Positions 31,624-47,712 of a DNA stretch of 64,000 nucleotides are shown here, piece after piece (within the stretch, counting starts at the first letter, position 1; each line of letters starts with the position of its first letter). The notes beneath the pieces are model-generated. The model was not told where the DNA came from, did no database searches, and worked only from the letters and a program-made list of their open reading frames with translations. Made by a program: the position numbers and the translations under genes. The stretch is taken from the NCBI RefSeq assembly GCF_009914755.1, contig NC_060946.1; one strand, written 5' to 3'. Source of the stretch: the human T2T-CHM13v2.0 reference genome, Homo sapiens.

Positions 31624-31960
31624 CGGCAAGGGCTTCGGAGGCTTGGCCCCTGCTTGGCTCCGGACCTGGCTCCCGCCTCGGTAACCACACTCTCGGCCTT
31701 TGGCTTTACCGAGCTGGGACCCTTCTCCCATCCCCCTTCCCTCCAGCCTCGTGAAACAACGACCCCCACCAGCAGCAGCAGCGCCCGCTTTGCCCCGGCT
31801 CCGGAGCGCTGTTTACCTAATCTCAGCGGCTGACCGAGCCCAGCAGAATGCGAAAGGGAGGCAGCGGTGGTACAGCAGCGTCCCCGGCGAAGAAGTAAAA
31901 GACGTTTGCTTTGGAGCTTCGGGATAAGTTAACTGCGAAGCTGGGGTCCTGCTGTCTTAC

Positions 31961-32165
31961 CTCTGCGGCGATGAGCCTCACCGTGCACGTTGGCAGGCAT
32001 AGCAGATTCTGTTTCTGATGCCATTACCGTGTCGGAGAAGAACATTATATGAAAAAATACTATCTAATATCCTAGAGACCATTAAAGTGTCAAAGTTTAA
32101 TGCCAAGTCTTTTAGCTCGAAGGCTGCTCAGTTCTTCCTCTGACGTGCAGCTCTGTTCCAGAACG
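31961..32165 (-). other. LARGE1: Probable alternative upstream non-coding first exon of LARGE1; 5' end approximate
   Basis: Second strong minus-strand donor CGCAGAG|GTAAGA at 31961/31960 at the distal edge of the CpG island. Confidence 0.55.
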
Positions 32166-33195
32166 CGCTGAAAACAAGGGGATCATTTTTATTTTTTTGC
32201 CGCCCGAATGTCCTTCCTTCCTACTCTCTTCCTCCTCTCTCACCCCTACCCCCTCCCCGGAACCGGGTAAAGTTAAAGGGAGAATTTGTACTTTCTTTTT
32301 ACGTTTTGCTTTGCTTCACTTCATTAGTGGTGTAAAATGCATTATTACAGCACATTAGCATATTAATAAAGGTAACGTGACTGAGGAAAGGAAAAGACCT
32401 GAAATTTACAAGCGAAGGAGAAATAGTTGAATAACATCAGAAACTAAAAGATAAGCTTCCGGGAAAGAAACATCTCCATTATAATGACTCAAGTGTAGTA
32501 CATTCTCTAGATGGAATCTAAGAAAGAAAAATGTGACCATGGTGTGGGAGCTAGCAATGTTCACGCTGGTCAGTAAGGCACGTTGAAGACATAATGCCTT
32601 ATTAGTGGATTTCACAAAGTGTACTTGCATTGGTCAATAAGCACCTTAAATGTGGAAAAGCTTTGTTTTATCAAATCAAGGTTGCAAGTGCCTGCAGTCA
32701 GTGGCATAGCTAATGCTCTAAATGATATTAATGTTGTCAGACTGAAATGTGCCACATACTGAGTCCTCTGGTTAGTACATCAAGCCCCAGGTTTAAAGTA
32801 TTACGTTGGAAAATTGTAAAGCTCCTCAACTCCCCAGTCCAAGCAACTAAATATGTATATACATATACATGGAAACCCTGAAGTAGGATGTAGTTACCAG
32901 GAATTATAGCCTTTTGACACAACCAAGATACAAATGTCTTAAAAGGATTTCCGCTACGATATAGTATGAGAATGCAGAATAAAATATGTAAAGTGATATA
33001 TCTGTTATTTGTAAAGAATGAGCGCAGCTTTTGCTGAGAACTGAAAAATGAAAAAAAAAATGAGCTATCTAAACCAACTGTTATCTGTTTATCTCCACAC
33101 AGTTATTGTACCTGTCACTGAAGAGATTCGGAAAGGTCTCTTATTTTTTATTAGGGTCAAGGAGACCGAATCCTAAGAAACCTGAGGTCTTAAAG

Positions 33196-33214
33196 CAGCC
33201 ACTAGGGGGCCCTA
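33196..33214 (+). promoter_or_regulatory. CTCF binding motif
   Basis: CAGCCACTAGGGGGCCCTA versus CTCF consensus TGGCCACCAGGGGGCGCTA. Confidence 0.65.
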
Positions 33215-33317
33215 AAGGCATCTCAAAGAGGAAGCCAGGAAACACTCTCACCTCCGTTTTTCTGTGTGCCTGATATTAGGAACTGGGGAATCTAAAGGCA
33301 CGTTAAGAACACAGTGC

Positions 33318-33589
33318 ACTGTAGTCCCAGCACTTTGGGAGGCTGAGGCGGGCGGATCACATGAAGTCAGAAGTTAGAGACCAGCCTGGCCAACATGGCG
33401 AAACCCCGACTCTACTAAAAATGGTAAAATGTTCCGGGCGTGTTGGTGGGCGCCTGTAATCCCAGCTACTCAGGAGGCTGAGGCAGGAGAATTGCTTCAA
33501 CCGGGGAGGCGGAGGTTGCAGTGAGCCGAGATCGCACTCCAGCCTGGGCGACAAAAGCAAAACTCCATCTCAAAACAAACAAACAAAAA
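33318..33589 (+). mobile_element. AluS, 5'-truncated
   Basis: Starts at CTGTAGTCCCAGCAC, TSD ~AACA(C/T)AGTGCA. Confidence 0.92.
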
Positions 33590-35269
33590 CATAGTGCAAA
33601 GTTTGGAGGCAAATCTAGTTTTATGTAATAAATGACCTGAGTCCAATTTTGACTCCTAAGTCAATTTAGTTTCTCAACTCTTTTCTCACCTCCAAGAAAG
33701 GAAATATTGTATCCTTGAGAGGAGGGTTACCAAATACTCTTAACTGTCTCAAAGTCGGCACAATTATGTTTGCCATTCCAAACAGGACGTTCTTTCAAAG
33801 ATTTGAGGACTGTTTTCTGAATGTTTTGCACATTCTTCAAGAGCTACATAACAAGACGATTGAATTCTCACAAAGAGGATATTTAAAAGATTAAGCAACC
33901 TGTACAGCAGGGCACCCACCTGCCAACTTAATTGAAGTCAAGCCAGCCACAGGGGCACTAGCATTAGAGCTGAGTCCTGAAGGCTTCTGCTAGGCCAGAC
34001 ATTTATTCTTTAGTGCTGGGTTCTGGTGAAATGGTGGTGTTGATGTTGGGAGGAAGGAGTGGTTCCTGCAGCAGGGGTGAGGAGACAGGGTATAGTGGGA
34101 ATGGCAGCCAGTGGTAGTGGAGGGGTGATTACTCCAAGGGCTACTTAGCCAGTATGGAAGGATTGCAGTATCTTAATTAATGTTATATTTATCAAAACAT
34201 CTAAATGTCGGGTCTGATCCTACAGAAAGCTGCCTAAAATTTTTAACTAGCAATTAAATTTTCATGGCTTCCAGATCCTTAGCAGTCACATAGTATTTTT
34301 TCCATATCTTACCAGTAGGTAAAGTTAAGATGTCCTTTATGAGAGTCAAGAATCAAACAGCATTCAGATAGCACAGGTTTGAAAAAGCCTAGTTTTCCTT
34401 AAACCAATGCTAGATAAATATCTGCCAAAGATGCTCTGTCCTGACACACTTCAAGCAAAAATTTAAGCACCGGGCATGAAACATTGCTCTTTTATTTAGG
34501 CCAATAATCAAAAGACATTGCTGAACAAAACAAATGTCTCCATCAGGGCTAAGCAAAGAAGAAATCACCTGTTAGGTAAAGAATGAAAAAACATTGCAAA
34601 AGCCACCAAATTAACACTAATGGAAGTGTGATTTGAACATAATTTAAGTAAAAACAAGCAAGTCCAGAATGGAGACATGAGACAGGGAATGGGGATAAAG
34701 TCTTTCTTTGTGGAATGAAACTATTTTATGCTGACATCATCATGTTCATTAACAGGCGAGATACAGGTATGCTCAAAATAGCATTATTAACCTCCAGAAG
34801 ACTTGCCCCTGCAAAGCTGAGAGCCAGCTAATTAGAACAAATTTGGCTGTAGATAGAGAATCCCATTGTCTTTTAGGAGAGAGGGTTTATTCACTCGCCA
34901 GCTGTGAAAGTCCGTCAGAGTAGGACTTTGTCAGGTATTGGCTCTCTGACCACCTTATGATAAAATGCTGAACTGGGGAGTCAAAGCCCCTCTAGAGACA
35001 GAAAGAAAAAAATCAGTGCCAAAGAGGTCAACTCAAAGGACAAAGGGAGCTTTTCTTCTCAAGGAAAGGGGAGCTCAAGCTAGTGGGCCATAAGATCCTC
35101 AAGACAAAAATGAAAACAAAAAATTTAAACATTGGTAAAAGCACCAGAGTCCTGAAATGAAACATTATGACATATACCTTTTGGAGCTCTTTAGTGTGAA
35201 GCCCTGTTTAAAGGGTGTGTTTTTATCAGTTTCTGTTTTCTCCTCCCTCTGTTTAAAAGAGCTATGAGG

Positions 35270-35740
<471 letters not shown>

Positions 35741-35890
35741 AGAATGTAGAAGACATTTGTTGGAAGTCAACAACATCCTTCCCTCTCTTTCCTCTTCCTA
35801 AGAGTATTTCCTTGGTTAGGATTCTTCAAAACCCTGAGACAAGGACTTTGCGGCAAGAAGCTTATTTGGGAGGTGATTCCAGGAAGCAGA

Positions 35891-36215
35891 GTGCTGCGAT
35901 TTGGGTATTTCCTGAAGTTCACATGTTGAAAGGTAATCACCAATGTGATTGTATTCAGAGATGGAGCCTTTAGGTGGTGATTAAATCATGAGGGCAGGGA
36001 TTAGGGCCTTTATAAAAGGGCTTGAAGGAGTGGGTTTGTGTTCTTCCATTTTTCTGTCATGTGAAGATACAGCAGGAAGGCCCTTGCCAGACACCAAACG
36101 CCAGTGCCATAATCTTGGACTTCCCAGCCACCAAAAATGTAAAAAATAAATTTTTGTTCTTTATAAATTACCAGTCTTAGGTATTTTGTTATAGCAGCAC
36201 AAATGGACTAAGATA
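35891..36215 (+). mobile_element. MST/MLT1A-like MaLR LTR nested in an older LTR16-like element
   Basis: TCTTGGACTTCCCAGCC and TTTGTTATAGCAGCACAAATGGACTAAGATA end. Flanks carry TTTGGGAGGTGATTCCAGGAAGCA, which is LTR16-like. Confidence 0.75.
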
Positions 36216-36330
36216 GAGTGAAGGTGTGGGGAAACAAAATAGGTAAGGAAAGAAGGCTAAAGAAAGGTGAATTAATAAGTGATCAACATGTGCTCAGTTC
36301 TGAGAGTATGCTCAGAGAGATTGTGCAGAA

Positions 36331-36531
36331 TAGCACTGCCCAAAATAACTTTCTGTGCAATGGAATGACCTATCTGCACTGTCCAATATGGTAGACACTA
36401 GCCACATGCAATTGTTGTGTACTTGAAATGAGGCCACTGTGACTGAGAACTGAATGTTTCATTTTATCTATTGTCAATTAATTTGAATTGTAATAACCAC
36501 ATGTGTTGGCTTATTGTGTTGGACACTACAA
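36331..36531. mobile_element. MER3-like hAT-Charlie DNA transposon
   Basis: CTGTCCAATATGGTAGACACTAGCCACATG motif. Confidence 0.7.
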
Positions 36532-37395
36532 ATGTAGAACATAACTTAAGAACCATCTCACTAGGTCAAGAAACCTAAAGAAATATTTATCCATCAAACT
36601 CCGTCATCTGTTGAGGGTGGTTCCTGGGAATTCATAACGCCTGAGACTTCACTTGTGCTTCCATGGCCCGAGAATAACCTCAGCAGAGAGTTGCAGGTGC
36701 TTAAGGTTGGAAGTCTTTAGTGTATATGGAAACTGCCCATCAAAGGTGGAGGTGATCACCCAGGTGAGCCTAGGGGATATGAGCAAGGCATTGAGAGCAT
36801 TTGCTAAAAGAATCCTGGTTTTGATTCTTATTCTCAGTTCCAGGAGCAGATCCTGAATAGCATAAGCTAATCAATATATTCCATGCCACTGACCACTATC
36901 ATTGGTTCAAAGCTGAGTAGATAACCTAGGCTGGTCCAGTCAGGGTGAATCTCACAACTCTTATGTGTATGCTGGATCACTAAAAGTGTGTTTTTACCTT
37001 CTGGACCAATTTGATGTACAGATACAAAGCTTAGTATTTCTGCAGTCATTTTGCCACTACAGAAGATAAAGCTGACACTGAGGATAACAGAGCACAGAGA
37101 GACAGAAAACTCAATCCATATCAGTTAGTGATACTTTGAGCTGCAAATAACAGAAATACCCAGCTAACCTTAAATAATAATGATCTCACGTAATGATAAA
37201 TCTCGAGGTAAGTAAGTCCAGGTTTGGTGCAACCGCTCAACAATTTCGTCAAGGACTCAAGATCTTCTAGTCTTGATATTCTGCCTCCTCAGCATATTGG
37301 CATTCCATGTTTCCTCATGATCACAAGATGGCTGTGAGAGCTCCAGACATTGTGTTCCCAAACCAGCATCCAAACTGAGGCAGGATAGTCAAGGA

Positions 37396-38005
37396 AGTAA
37401 CCATGTCCTCGGGATGCAGCAACTGTACTAATTGCACCATCAACACAGTAAGCCCCAGCATTCATACTGTAGTCATACTGTAGTCAAGCATTCATACTTG
37501 AGTCAACCCACTCAAGCAAAGCTATCTCCTGTTGGGAATTTCCCCTGTGCAAAATGCATGTGCATTTTTATTTCACCTGTCCTCAGACTGACCCTTTGCT
37601 CATTGTAATGATAAAAAAAAAAAGCACCCCTGGGTGGATATTTAAGATGCTAACGAGACATGAAACGTATGAACAAGCATGTACAGCTACTGCGCATGGG
37701 CTTCTAGAGGGCCACCCAGAACATGCTTACTAGTAACACCTCTCCCCCACCCCGTTATGAATAATCATATAAGACTCCCATAAAGGGAGTGTCCCTAGTG
37801 CCAGTCTTTGCTGTCTCATCCTTAGGAGCAGCCCGCCCTGAATCTTTTCTCAGGGTGTACTGTCTATTCTGCACCTAGCTTTCATAGCATTCTTCCTCCT
37901 TTGCAATAAATTGCTCTATGCTGCATCTCCTTTGCTGTGTGTCTCTTGTTTAAATTCTTTTAAACTAAGAAGACAAGAACTGAGGTTTCACAACAGCCAT
38001 TAACA
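37396..38005 (+). mobile_element. ERV solo LTR (family not assigned) nested in older MaLR/ERVL LTRs
   Basis: Well-preserved LTR-like block with AATAAA at ~37905 and ...CAGCCATTAACA end. It interrupts older LTR remnants at ~37120-38170. Confidence 0.65.
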
Positions 38006-40154
38006 AAAGCAGGGGGCTAAAAAGCATGTAGAAAGAGGCTTCCCTTTTATTAGTAGACTTCTCCTTGTGATTGACTTAAGTTTGTCATGAATCACCATCT
38101 AGAAATGGAACATTTTTGGATTTTGTTAGCAAAGGAGGAGAAATGGCTCTTGGGTACCAATTAACTACCTGCTCTAGGACCCTTGATGATATCATTAAGT
38201 CACTGAATGAAACCAACCCTGACATTTGTCCTGACTCCAAGCTCCTTGTTTATGTGAGCCAAAAAAATCTACCTATTGTGTAAGTTTTAATTGAGTCTTC
38301 TCTTACTTGAACATCCTAACTGATACAGGTAATAAAGACCTACTGCCAAAAGATTCAGACTCAGCAATTCTCATCCACCCTATTCCTGGATGCAATTATA
38401 GCCAATGCTGGAAGGGTACAAGGGGCTCCCTTTCCTCCAGAGTGAAATTCAGTTTGGAAATTATTTGCTCTTCTATAATGGTGTGAACAGAGGCCTAGAT
38501 GACCCACATGCATCATTGTATTAAGAGGGGGAGCCTTTAGTAGGTGATTAAGTCATGACAGCAGGGATTAGGGCCCTTATAAAAGAGCATGAGGGAAGGG
38601 GTTTGCTTTCTTCCACTTTTTTGTGGAAGAAAGAAAGTTCCCATCCTCCACCCAACACTCATCACATATGGTTGTTCTGCTCAGCCACACCTTCCTTTTG
38701 CCTGGGGGACTGGGTATCATTCTAATTTCCTATTGCATCTGCAATCAAATCCTGAGACCCCACCTGTTTGGTTGGTCCTTCTGAAACCCCACCTGCTCGG
38801 TTGGTCCTTTAACCATCCTTGCCTCTGCCATGTAGTTTCTGCTAGTATTTCTATCGTGGGACCTGGAGTCTGCTTCCAGAACCCTTGCTTTAACCTTGGT
38901 AGATCTATGCTCTGGCAAGAATCTGACTTGAGAAATGCTGATGATTTAAAGTTCCTGTAACAGGTCCTTTATTCACCTTGGCACTTGGAGCTTCGGCTTT
39001 GATTTTTGTACGCTTGGACTTGAGTGCGCGGTGCTCACAGAATTAGGGGATTTGGCTTGATGACCTCTGTGAGAAGAGGGCATGTAATTGTGTCCCAGTT
39101 AAACTCCCAGATCCAAGCCTCAAATTGGTTTTCTCTCTCTTGGGAGATTAAAGAATGTCTGGATGCCATGGAGGGGCTGTGTCTGGCAGTGTTTTATCCA
39201 GTCCTGCTAGAAAGTGAGGAGTTTCTTATCTTAAACCATATTTTAAAAGAATTTCTAACTTAAAAAGATTTTAAATGGAACCTGCGTATTTAGAAGTGGA
39301 AACCGAGTGATTATGTGGCCCATGATATATTGGGTAGCTGCTATTCACATGCTCAAGTGCTATGCGTTCTACGGGGTGAGAGTAGTGGGGAGAGTGCACT
39401 GAAAGAAATGTGGGTATGGTTCCGATACTTGAGAATCTCCAGATCCAATTCATGGAACAAAGCATTTACTTTGATGAGTTAAATGACTTTGCGAGTATTA
39501 GATAAATGGAAGGGTTGTCACTGAGTAATCATGAAAGATGCATTGAGGACAACCAGTGCCGTCAATCTGGAAGAGCAAGGCTACCATGGTCCATCTTGTC
39601 TTTGGAAGACTTCTAAAAGGAAGAGGCCCTTGCTGGACTTTAAAGATTTGTCAAGATTTGGCCGTCTGTAAAGGGAAGAAGTTTCGAGCTTTGAGAAACA
39701 GCAAGGATGTTAAGCAGAAGGTGTGATTGCTATGGTAAAGCATTTGTTTAAGAGATCAGAGACTGAAAAGCTAAGTTAGATCCAAGATTAGTTGAAAATA
39801 CATCCCTGCTTTGTGTCAGTTACTATGCTGACCATTGAGGATTTTAAGAAAAATGACAGTTCTTGTTCTTTTAGTGCCTCACGGTCAAGTAGATAGAGAT
39901 AAAACACTAAAAGATAATAAGTTAAATTCTTAACTATTCATGAGCTTCATCTACTGTTTTTCCTCAATCACCCATCCCTGTCCAACCTACCCTCAGAATA
40001 TCCTTCAAATCCATTCCCTCTGCTTCATCCAAACTGTTACTGTCTTACCTCAGACCCTATCTCTCACCTGGAATCTCACAAAACCTACCTGTCTATCATC
40101 AGCCTCCTAATATAGCCTTCCTCCCACCCCCCACTCCGGTCCCCCAGTTCCTAA

Positions 40155-40498
<344 letters not shown>

Positions 40499-41107
40499 TT
40501 CTTACTTCTGTTTACTTGTTTATTCTAGTTCCTTTCAAAAAATATCAATAATTCTTGTTTGACTTCCCTATGTGGGGATCTGGGATACTAGCCGCAGACT
40601 GTGGTTAAGGTAGCATTCAAGAGGTAAGGATAAGATTTCTACGTGGGCTCCAGAAAATACAACCAAGACAGAACCCAAAATCTAGAGTGTCCCTTAAAAG
40701 CCTCAAATGAAATATCACCCCAGAAGTACTAATTGGAGTTGAGTAGTAAGGAAGAAACCAGGGATAATGTAAAAAAATTAGAATAATGATTTACCATGGA
40801 GTTGCAATTTGCAACTAGCACTATTCAAAACACCTTCATGCATTACCTCATTTAATTATAGTAAGCCCTGTGAGGTGTTAACAGTTACTGTTACTGTCAC
40901 CATCATGGCCACTTACAGATTAGATAACTAGGACCTAAAGCTGTCAGATAACTTACCAAAGATAACACAGTAACAGTAGACCTGGAATCCAAACACAGGC
41001 GGTTTATTTCTAGATGTGTGCTCTTAACCACCATGCCACCTTGCCTCTACAAAGTGTCAGTACTTAAAAAAAAGGAGAACAGAATAAAAGGTAAGACTAA
41101 GACATGA

Positions 41108-41476
<369 letters not shown>

Positions 41477-41490
41477 GGTTGTTAGCAATC

Positions 41491-41791
41491 TTTTTTTTTT
41501 TTTTTTTTTTGAGACGGAGTCTCACTTTGTTGCCTGGGCTGGAGAGTGGCATGATCTTGGCTCACTGCAACCTCCGCCTCCCAGGTTCAAGCAATTTCTC
41601 CTACCTCAGCCTCCCAAGTAGCTGGGATTACACACACATACCACCATGCCTGGCTAAGTTTTTGTATTTTTTTAGTAGAGATGGGGTTTCACCGTGCTGG
41701 CCAGGCTGGTCTTGAACTCCTGACCTCGTGATCTGCCCGCCTTGGCCTCCCAAAGGGCTGGGATTACAGGTGTGAGCCACAGCGCCCGGCT
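41491..41791 (-). mobile_element. AluS (second copy of tandem pair)
   Basis: Antisense Alu flanked by GGTTGTTAGCAATC and GGTTGTTCGCAGTC. Confidence 0.95.
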
Positions 41792-43142
41792 GGTTGTTCG
41801 CAGTCTTAACTAAAGAGCTGGGGAGGGAGTGGGTAAAGATTCAGGATAGTGCCTTGTATTTATTTTTTGTCTGTATGTTCCATCTAATATTACGTGTCAT
41901 TCACTATCTCATTATTTCAACCCAAATCATTGATAAATGCCTTCTAAGAGGGCAACCCTGGTTCATCTTCCACATTACTGACTTACATTTCCATATGTTC
42001 AATTCTGCTCTTTACGGCTTCATTGTAGACTTTAATTTTTCCATTTCTGTTTCATTTTTCATTCTCCTTACAATCCTTATTTATGCCACCAGTCTCCCTT
42101 TTAATTTCATTTTCTTTGTCTTGACATCTTGGCCTTTCTGCTACAGTTTTATCGATGTCAAGCACATTCTAAAGCATTACTTTATTTCCCATAGTAAATC
42201 ATTTGGAGACAATTTCTCTTTCTTTAAGCCTTTAAGATATTCCCTTTCCTTCCCTTTCTCTTATTGTGCAGTGTTTTCCACTGTCTTAGTGTGGTTGGTG
42301 ATTTCTTCTCATTTATCCTCAAGTAAGAACAAATCCATCTACACCCAGTGTTTACTAATACCCTAGGTTGACGGATTTCCCATCGCCCAATTCTCAGAGT
42401 AGTAGTTTTGAACTATTTTTCAGCTCTACAGCTAGACAAAAGGTTGATATGCACAAATAGCTCCTGGCTGAAAGTCCCCTCCCTGGCTGACTCACATCTT
42501 ATGTGGCTTTGCTGAATCAAAACTAAAAAAACTTGTCTTTCTCTTCCAGCTGGCTCCCTGATACTCTGAACAAGTGGAGTGTGCAAAACTACAATTCCCA
42601 GCTCTTCCTCTCACTGTGTGTCCCTATTCTGCTTTTCCTGTGGTGTCTAGACCTTTCAGAGTCTGGTGAGTCAACACCTAGAGTTTCTCAAATAGAAGGC
42701 AGGTGGTTGGAGTTCTGTTGAAGGTCCCATCTATGAATTCCAGGCTCCTGCAGTTTCTACAGGCCCAATAAAGGTAGCGCATGACGAAGCTTCTCCATCT
42801 CCACCCATAGCTGTGTAGTTGAAAATAAAAACTTGGTAAAGACAGGTAAAATCCATGCTGAAAACTGGTGGAAAAGGTCTCTAATGGAGACATCAGAGTT
42901 GATGAACATTAATCCATTCAACCGGGATTAGTTGAGGGCCTACCGTTCTAGACTGGTGCTAGTAATCAACAGAACAGACATGTTCTTTGTCTTACAGAAG
43001 GTATTCTCTAGTTGGACAGACAAACATTAAGCAAATGAACACAAATATATACATTATTATTAAGTGGGGCAAATGCCACAAAGAAAATGGGAGAGGTACT
43101 ATGGGACATAACCAAAGTTAGAGTTCAAGACAGTCTTTCTGA

Positions 43143-43719
43143 CAGTGTGGGAATCTCTCAAGGATCTAGAACCAGAAATACCATTTGACCCAGCAATCCC
43201 ATTACTGGGTATATACCCAAAGGATTATAAATCATTCTACTCTAAAGACTCATGCACACATATGTTTATTGCAGCACTATTTACAGTAGCAAAGACTTGG
43301 AACTAATTCAAATACCCATCAATGATAGATTGGATAAAGAAAATGTGAGACATATACACCATGGAATACTATGCAACCATGAAAAAGAATGAGATCATGC
43401 CCTTTGTGGGGACATGGATGAAGCTGGAAGCCATCATTCTCAGCAAACTAACACAGGAACAGAAAATCAAACACCGCATATTCTCACTCATAAGTGGGAG
43501 ATGAACAATGAGAACACATGGTCACAGGGAGAAGAACAACACACACCGGTGCCTGGCTGGGAGAGTGAGCATTAGGACAAATACTTAATGCATGGAGGGC
43601 TTAAAACCTAGATAATGGGTTGATAAGTTCAGCAAAGCACCACGGCACATGTATACCTAGGTAACAAACCTGCACATTCTGCACGTGTATCCTGGAACTT
43701 AAAGTAAAATAATTTTTTA
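43143..43719 (+). mobile_element. 5'-truncated L1PA 3' end (ORF2 C-terminus + 3' UTR)
   Basis: GGATCTAGAACCAGAAATACCATTTGACCCAGCAATCCC...CCTGGAACTTAAAGTAAAAT, flanked by TSD AAGACAGTCTTTCTGA. Confidence 0.92.
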
Positions 43720-43776
43720 AAAGACAGTCTTTCTGAGGAAGGGACATTGAGGCTGAGATATAAAGTAGGAGTAATG

Positions 43777-44083
<307 letters not shown>

Positions 44084-44356
44084 TTATTCAGAGAATTAGT
44101 GAGTTTAAAAAGTGTTCCAGGTAGGAGGTATAGCATGTGCAAAGCAATGAGGCAGGAGAACTTGCCATGTCTGAACAACTAAACAAAGTTCAGTATAGCT
44201 GGAGCTTAGTGAGTAGGAGGGAGAGTCTTGAAGAGAACAATAGGACATGAACAGCTATTGAGGGTATTTAGGGGAATCAAAAGAGATGAATAAATGGATT
44301 GCCAAGTAGCAGTGTGGTCCCACTGAAAACTCAGGCTTGATTTACCTTGAGCTTCC

Positions 44357-44452
44357 GATTCTCCTGCCTCAGCCTCCTGAGCAACTGGGACTACAGGCGT
44401 GCACCACCAAGTCCAACTAATTTTTGTATTTTTAGTAGAGACAGGGTTTCAC
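44357..44452 (-). mobile_element. Internal Alu fragment
   Basis: GATTCTCCTGCCTCAGCC...GAGACAGGGTTTCAC only. Neither Alu end is present. Confidence 0.85.
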
Positions 44453-44820
44453 TAATTCACTTAGCATGAATTAATGCTGATCCGAGTCAGCACAGTTCTG
44501 GAACCTTCTCCAACAATATTCTGTCACTCTGTCTTCCAGTTTTGCCTCTGTTAGGACGAGCAGGAAACCCAGCTCAAACTTTTGTCATGCTCTCAACTGC
44601 ATCTCTCTAATTCTCACTGCAATACAGACTTGACCTCCTCATGTAGCCTAATCTTAAACTCTATTCTGGGAACACCCTGTCTTCAACAGGGAGGTTACCT
44701 GAAAACTGTCAGTGATTCTTTGACTCAAAACTGAATTGGTTTATGCTATTCTCTCTCACCCCATCCCCTTCTACCTCCCTCCCAGTGGGAATAGGATGGC
44801 ATTTTAATAATCATGGATTT

Positions 44821-45223
<403 letters not shown>

Positions 45224-46352
45224 TTATTTTATAAACCACTGGCTCTTTTTTTTGGTTCAAGCATCCACCTTGACTTCTCATTCTGGAAAGCCCCTAATGT
45301 TACATGGATAGCATTTACATATGGCATCTTTAATCCTTCCAACCGAATGTCTGGAGGTGATTCTCAGTGTTAACTTAATCTTCTCCACTTGCACCAAAAA
45401 TTAATTTCCTATTCTTTAGACCTTGGTAGAAACCAGACGATTTGGTCACCACCCTCCATGTGGAGGCAATATTCAGTTACAAAAAGTAATTAAATCACCC
45501 TGTTCAACCTTCCTTTTGCCAGACTGATTTAAATCCCTGAAATAATTTTTTTTCCCTTTAGGTCACATATTTAGGCCCTATGTACTTAAAGGGCTTTCAA
45601 GAGTAAGTCTTATTATTTACCAGAGTAAAAGCTTTCCAGAAATAATAACAACCACAAGGACAACAATACCTTACAACTTGATGGCATTTAATTTTTTTTC
45701 CCAGTGCTTTTTTTTTTTTTTTTTTTTTTTTTGGCAAATACATTATCTTCTTTTACTCACTTAATGACTGTGAATTAGGGAAGGTAGATGTTATTTTCTC
45801 TGGGAAAAACAATAAAACTCAGCCTAGAGTTACTCCAGTAGAGGAACAGGATCCACTTGGACCCATGTAAGGCTTCGACCTCATCACTATAGCCTCCCTC
45901 AGAACCTCAGCTGACGTGCTTCTCTGTGGACTGCCTCCACATTTTATCAAAGGTCACCCAAGGATAATAATAGCCAACCTTTCTTGAGCATTTAATGTAT
46001 GTCAGACACTGCACCCCCTGAGTCCTTTATATGCATCTTATTTTTCCAGCATCATGATGAAGGAGATGGCTCTATTATTAGACAAGTAAGATGAAGCTCA
46101 AGGAGGTTAAAGGACTTCCTCGGGATCATCACAGCTCAAACAGCAGAAGCTTCAGTCCCTGTGTGCTTAGATAGAAGGCTTTACTGCCCCAAGAATCAAC
46201 TGAATGGACCTCTCCTCTATGTTCATTGTGGAATTCTTGGTGAGGACATTGTCTGTCACCTTCTGGAATGTTCTTATATAATACCTCCTTTCGGAAAATT
46301 CTTTCAATAGGTACAACATGCTTTCTTGGAGGAAAAAGTTTGCTGTTGTTAA

Positions 46353-46662
<310 letters not shown>

Positions 46663-46867
46663 TGTTTTGTGTTTTTATTACTACTTTCAGTGAATAAAAA
46701 GGTGTGTCATAGTGGAAAATAACAAGAGTTAGGAATTCGTTCTGGCTTAGAATGCTTGTTGGGAATCGAAACTTGATGGGTTTAGTTGCTGCTCTGTCAC
46801 CTGCATGCTTGTGTAACTTTATACAAGTTGCTTTATCTCTTTGAGCCTTGATTAATTTAATTTCTAA

Positions 46868-47712
<845 letters not shown>

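Larger units (their letters stand above)
28980..31900. promoter_or_regulatory. CpG island / promoter region of LARGE1
   Basis: Very high GC with dense CpGs, GC boxes (GGGGCGGGG near 30397-30406) and a CCAAT box (GGCCAATGG near 30454-30462), against CpG-depleted flanks. Confidence 0.95.

Noticed and set aside
30969-31769. 266-aa, 191-aa, 181-aa and 160-aa ORFs
   Set aside because: Same GC-content artefact.
41794-42366. 190-aa hydrophobic ORF resembling a membrane protein
   Set aside because: Non-ATG start and T-rich composition explain the Phe/Leu/Ile/Ser bias. It is probably the antisense strand of an ancient L1/HAL1-like fragment.
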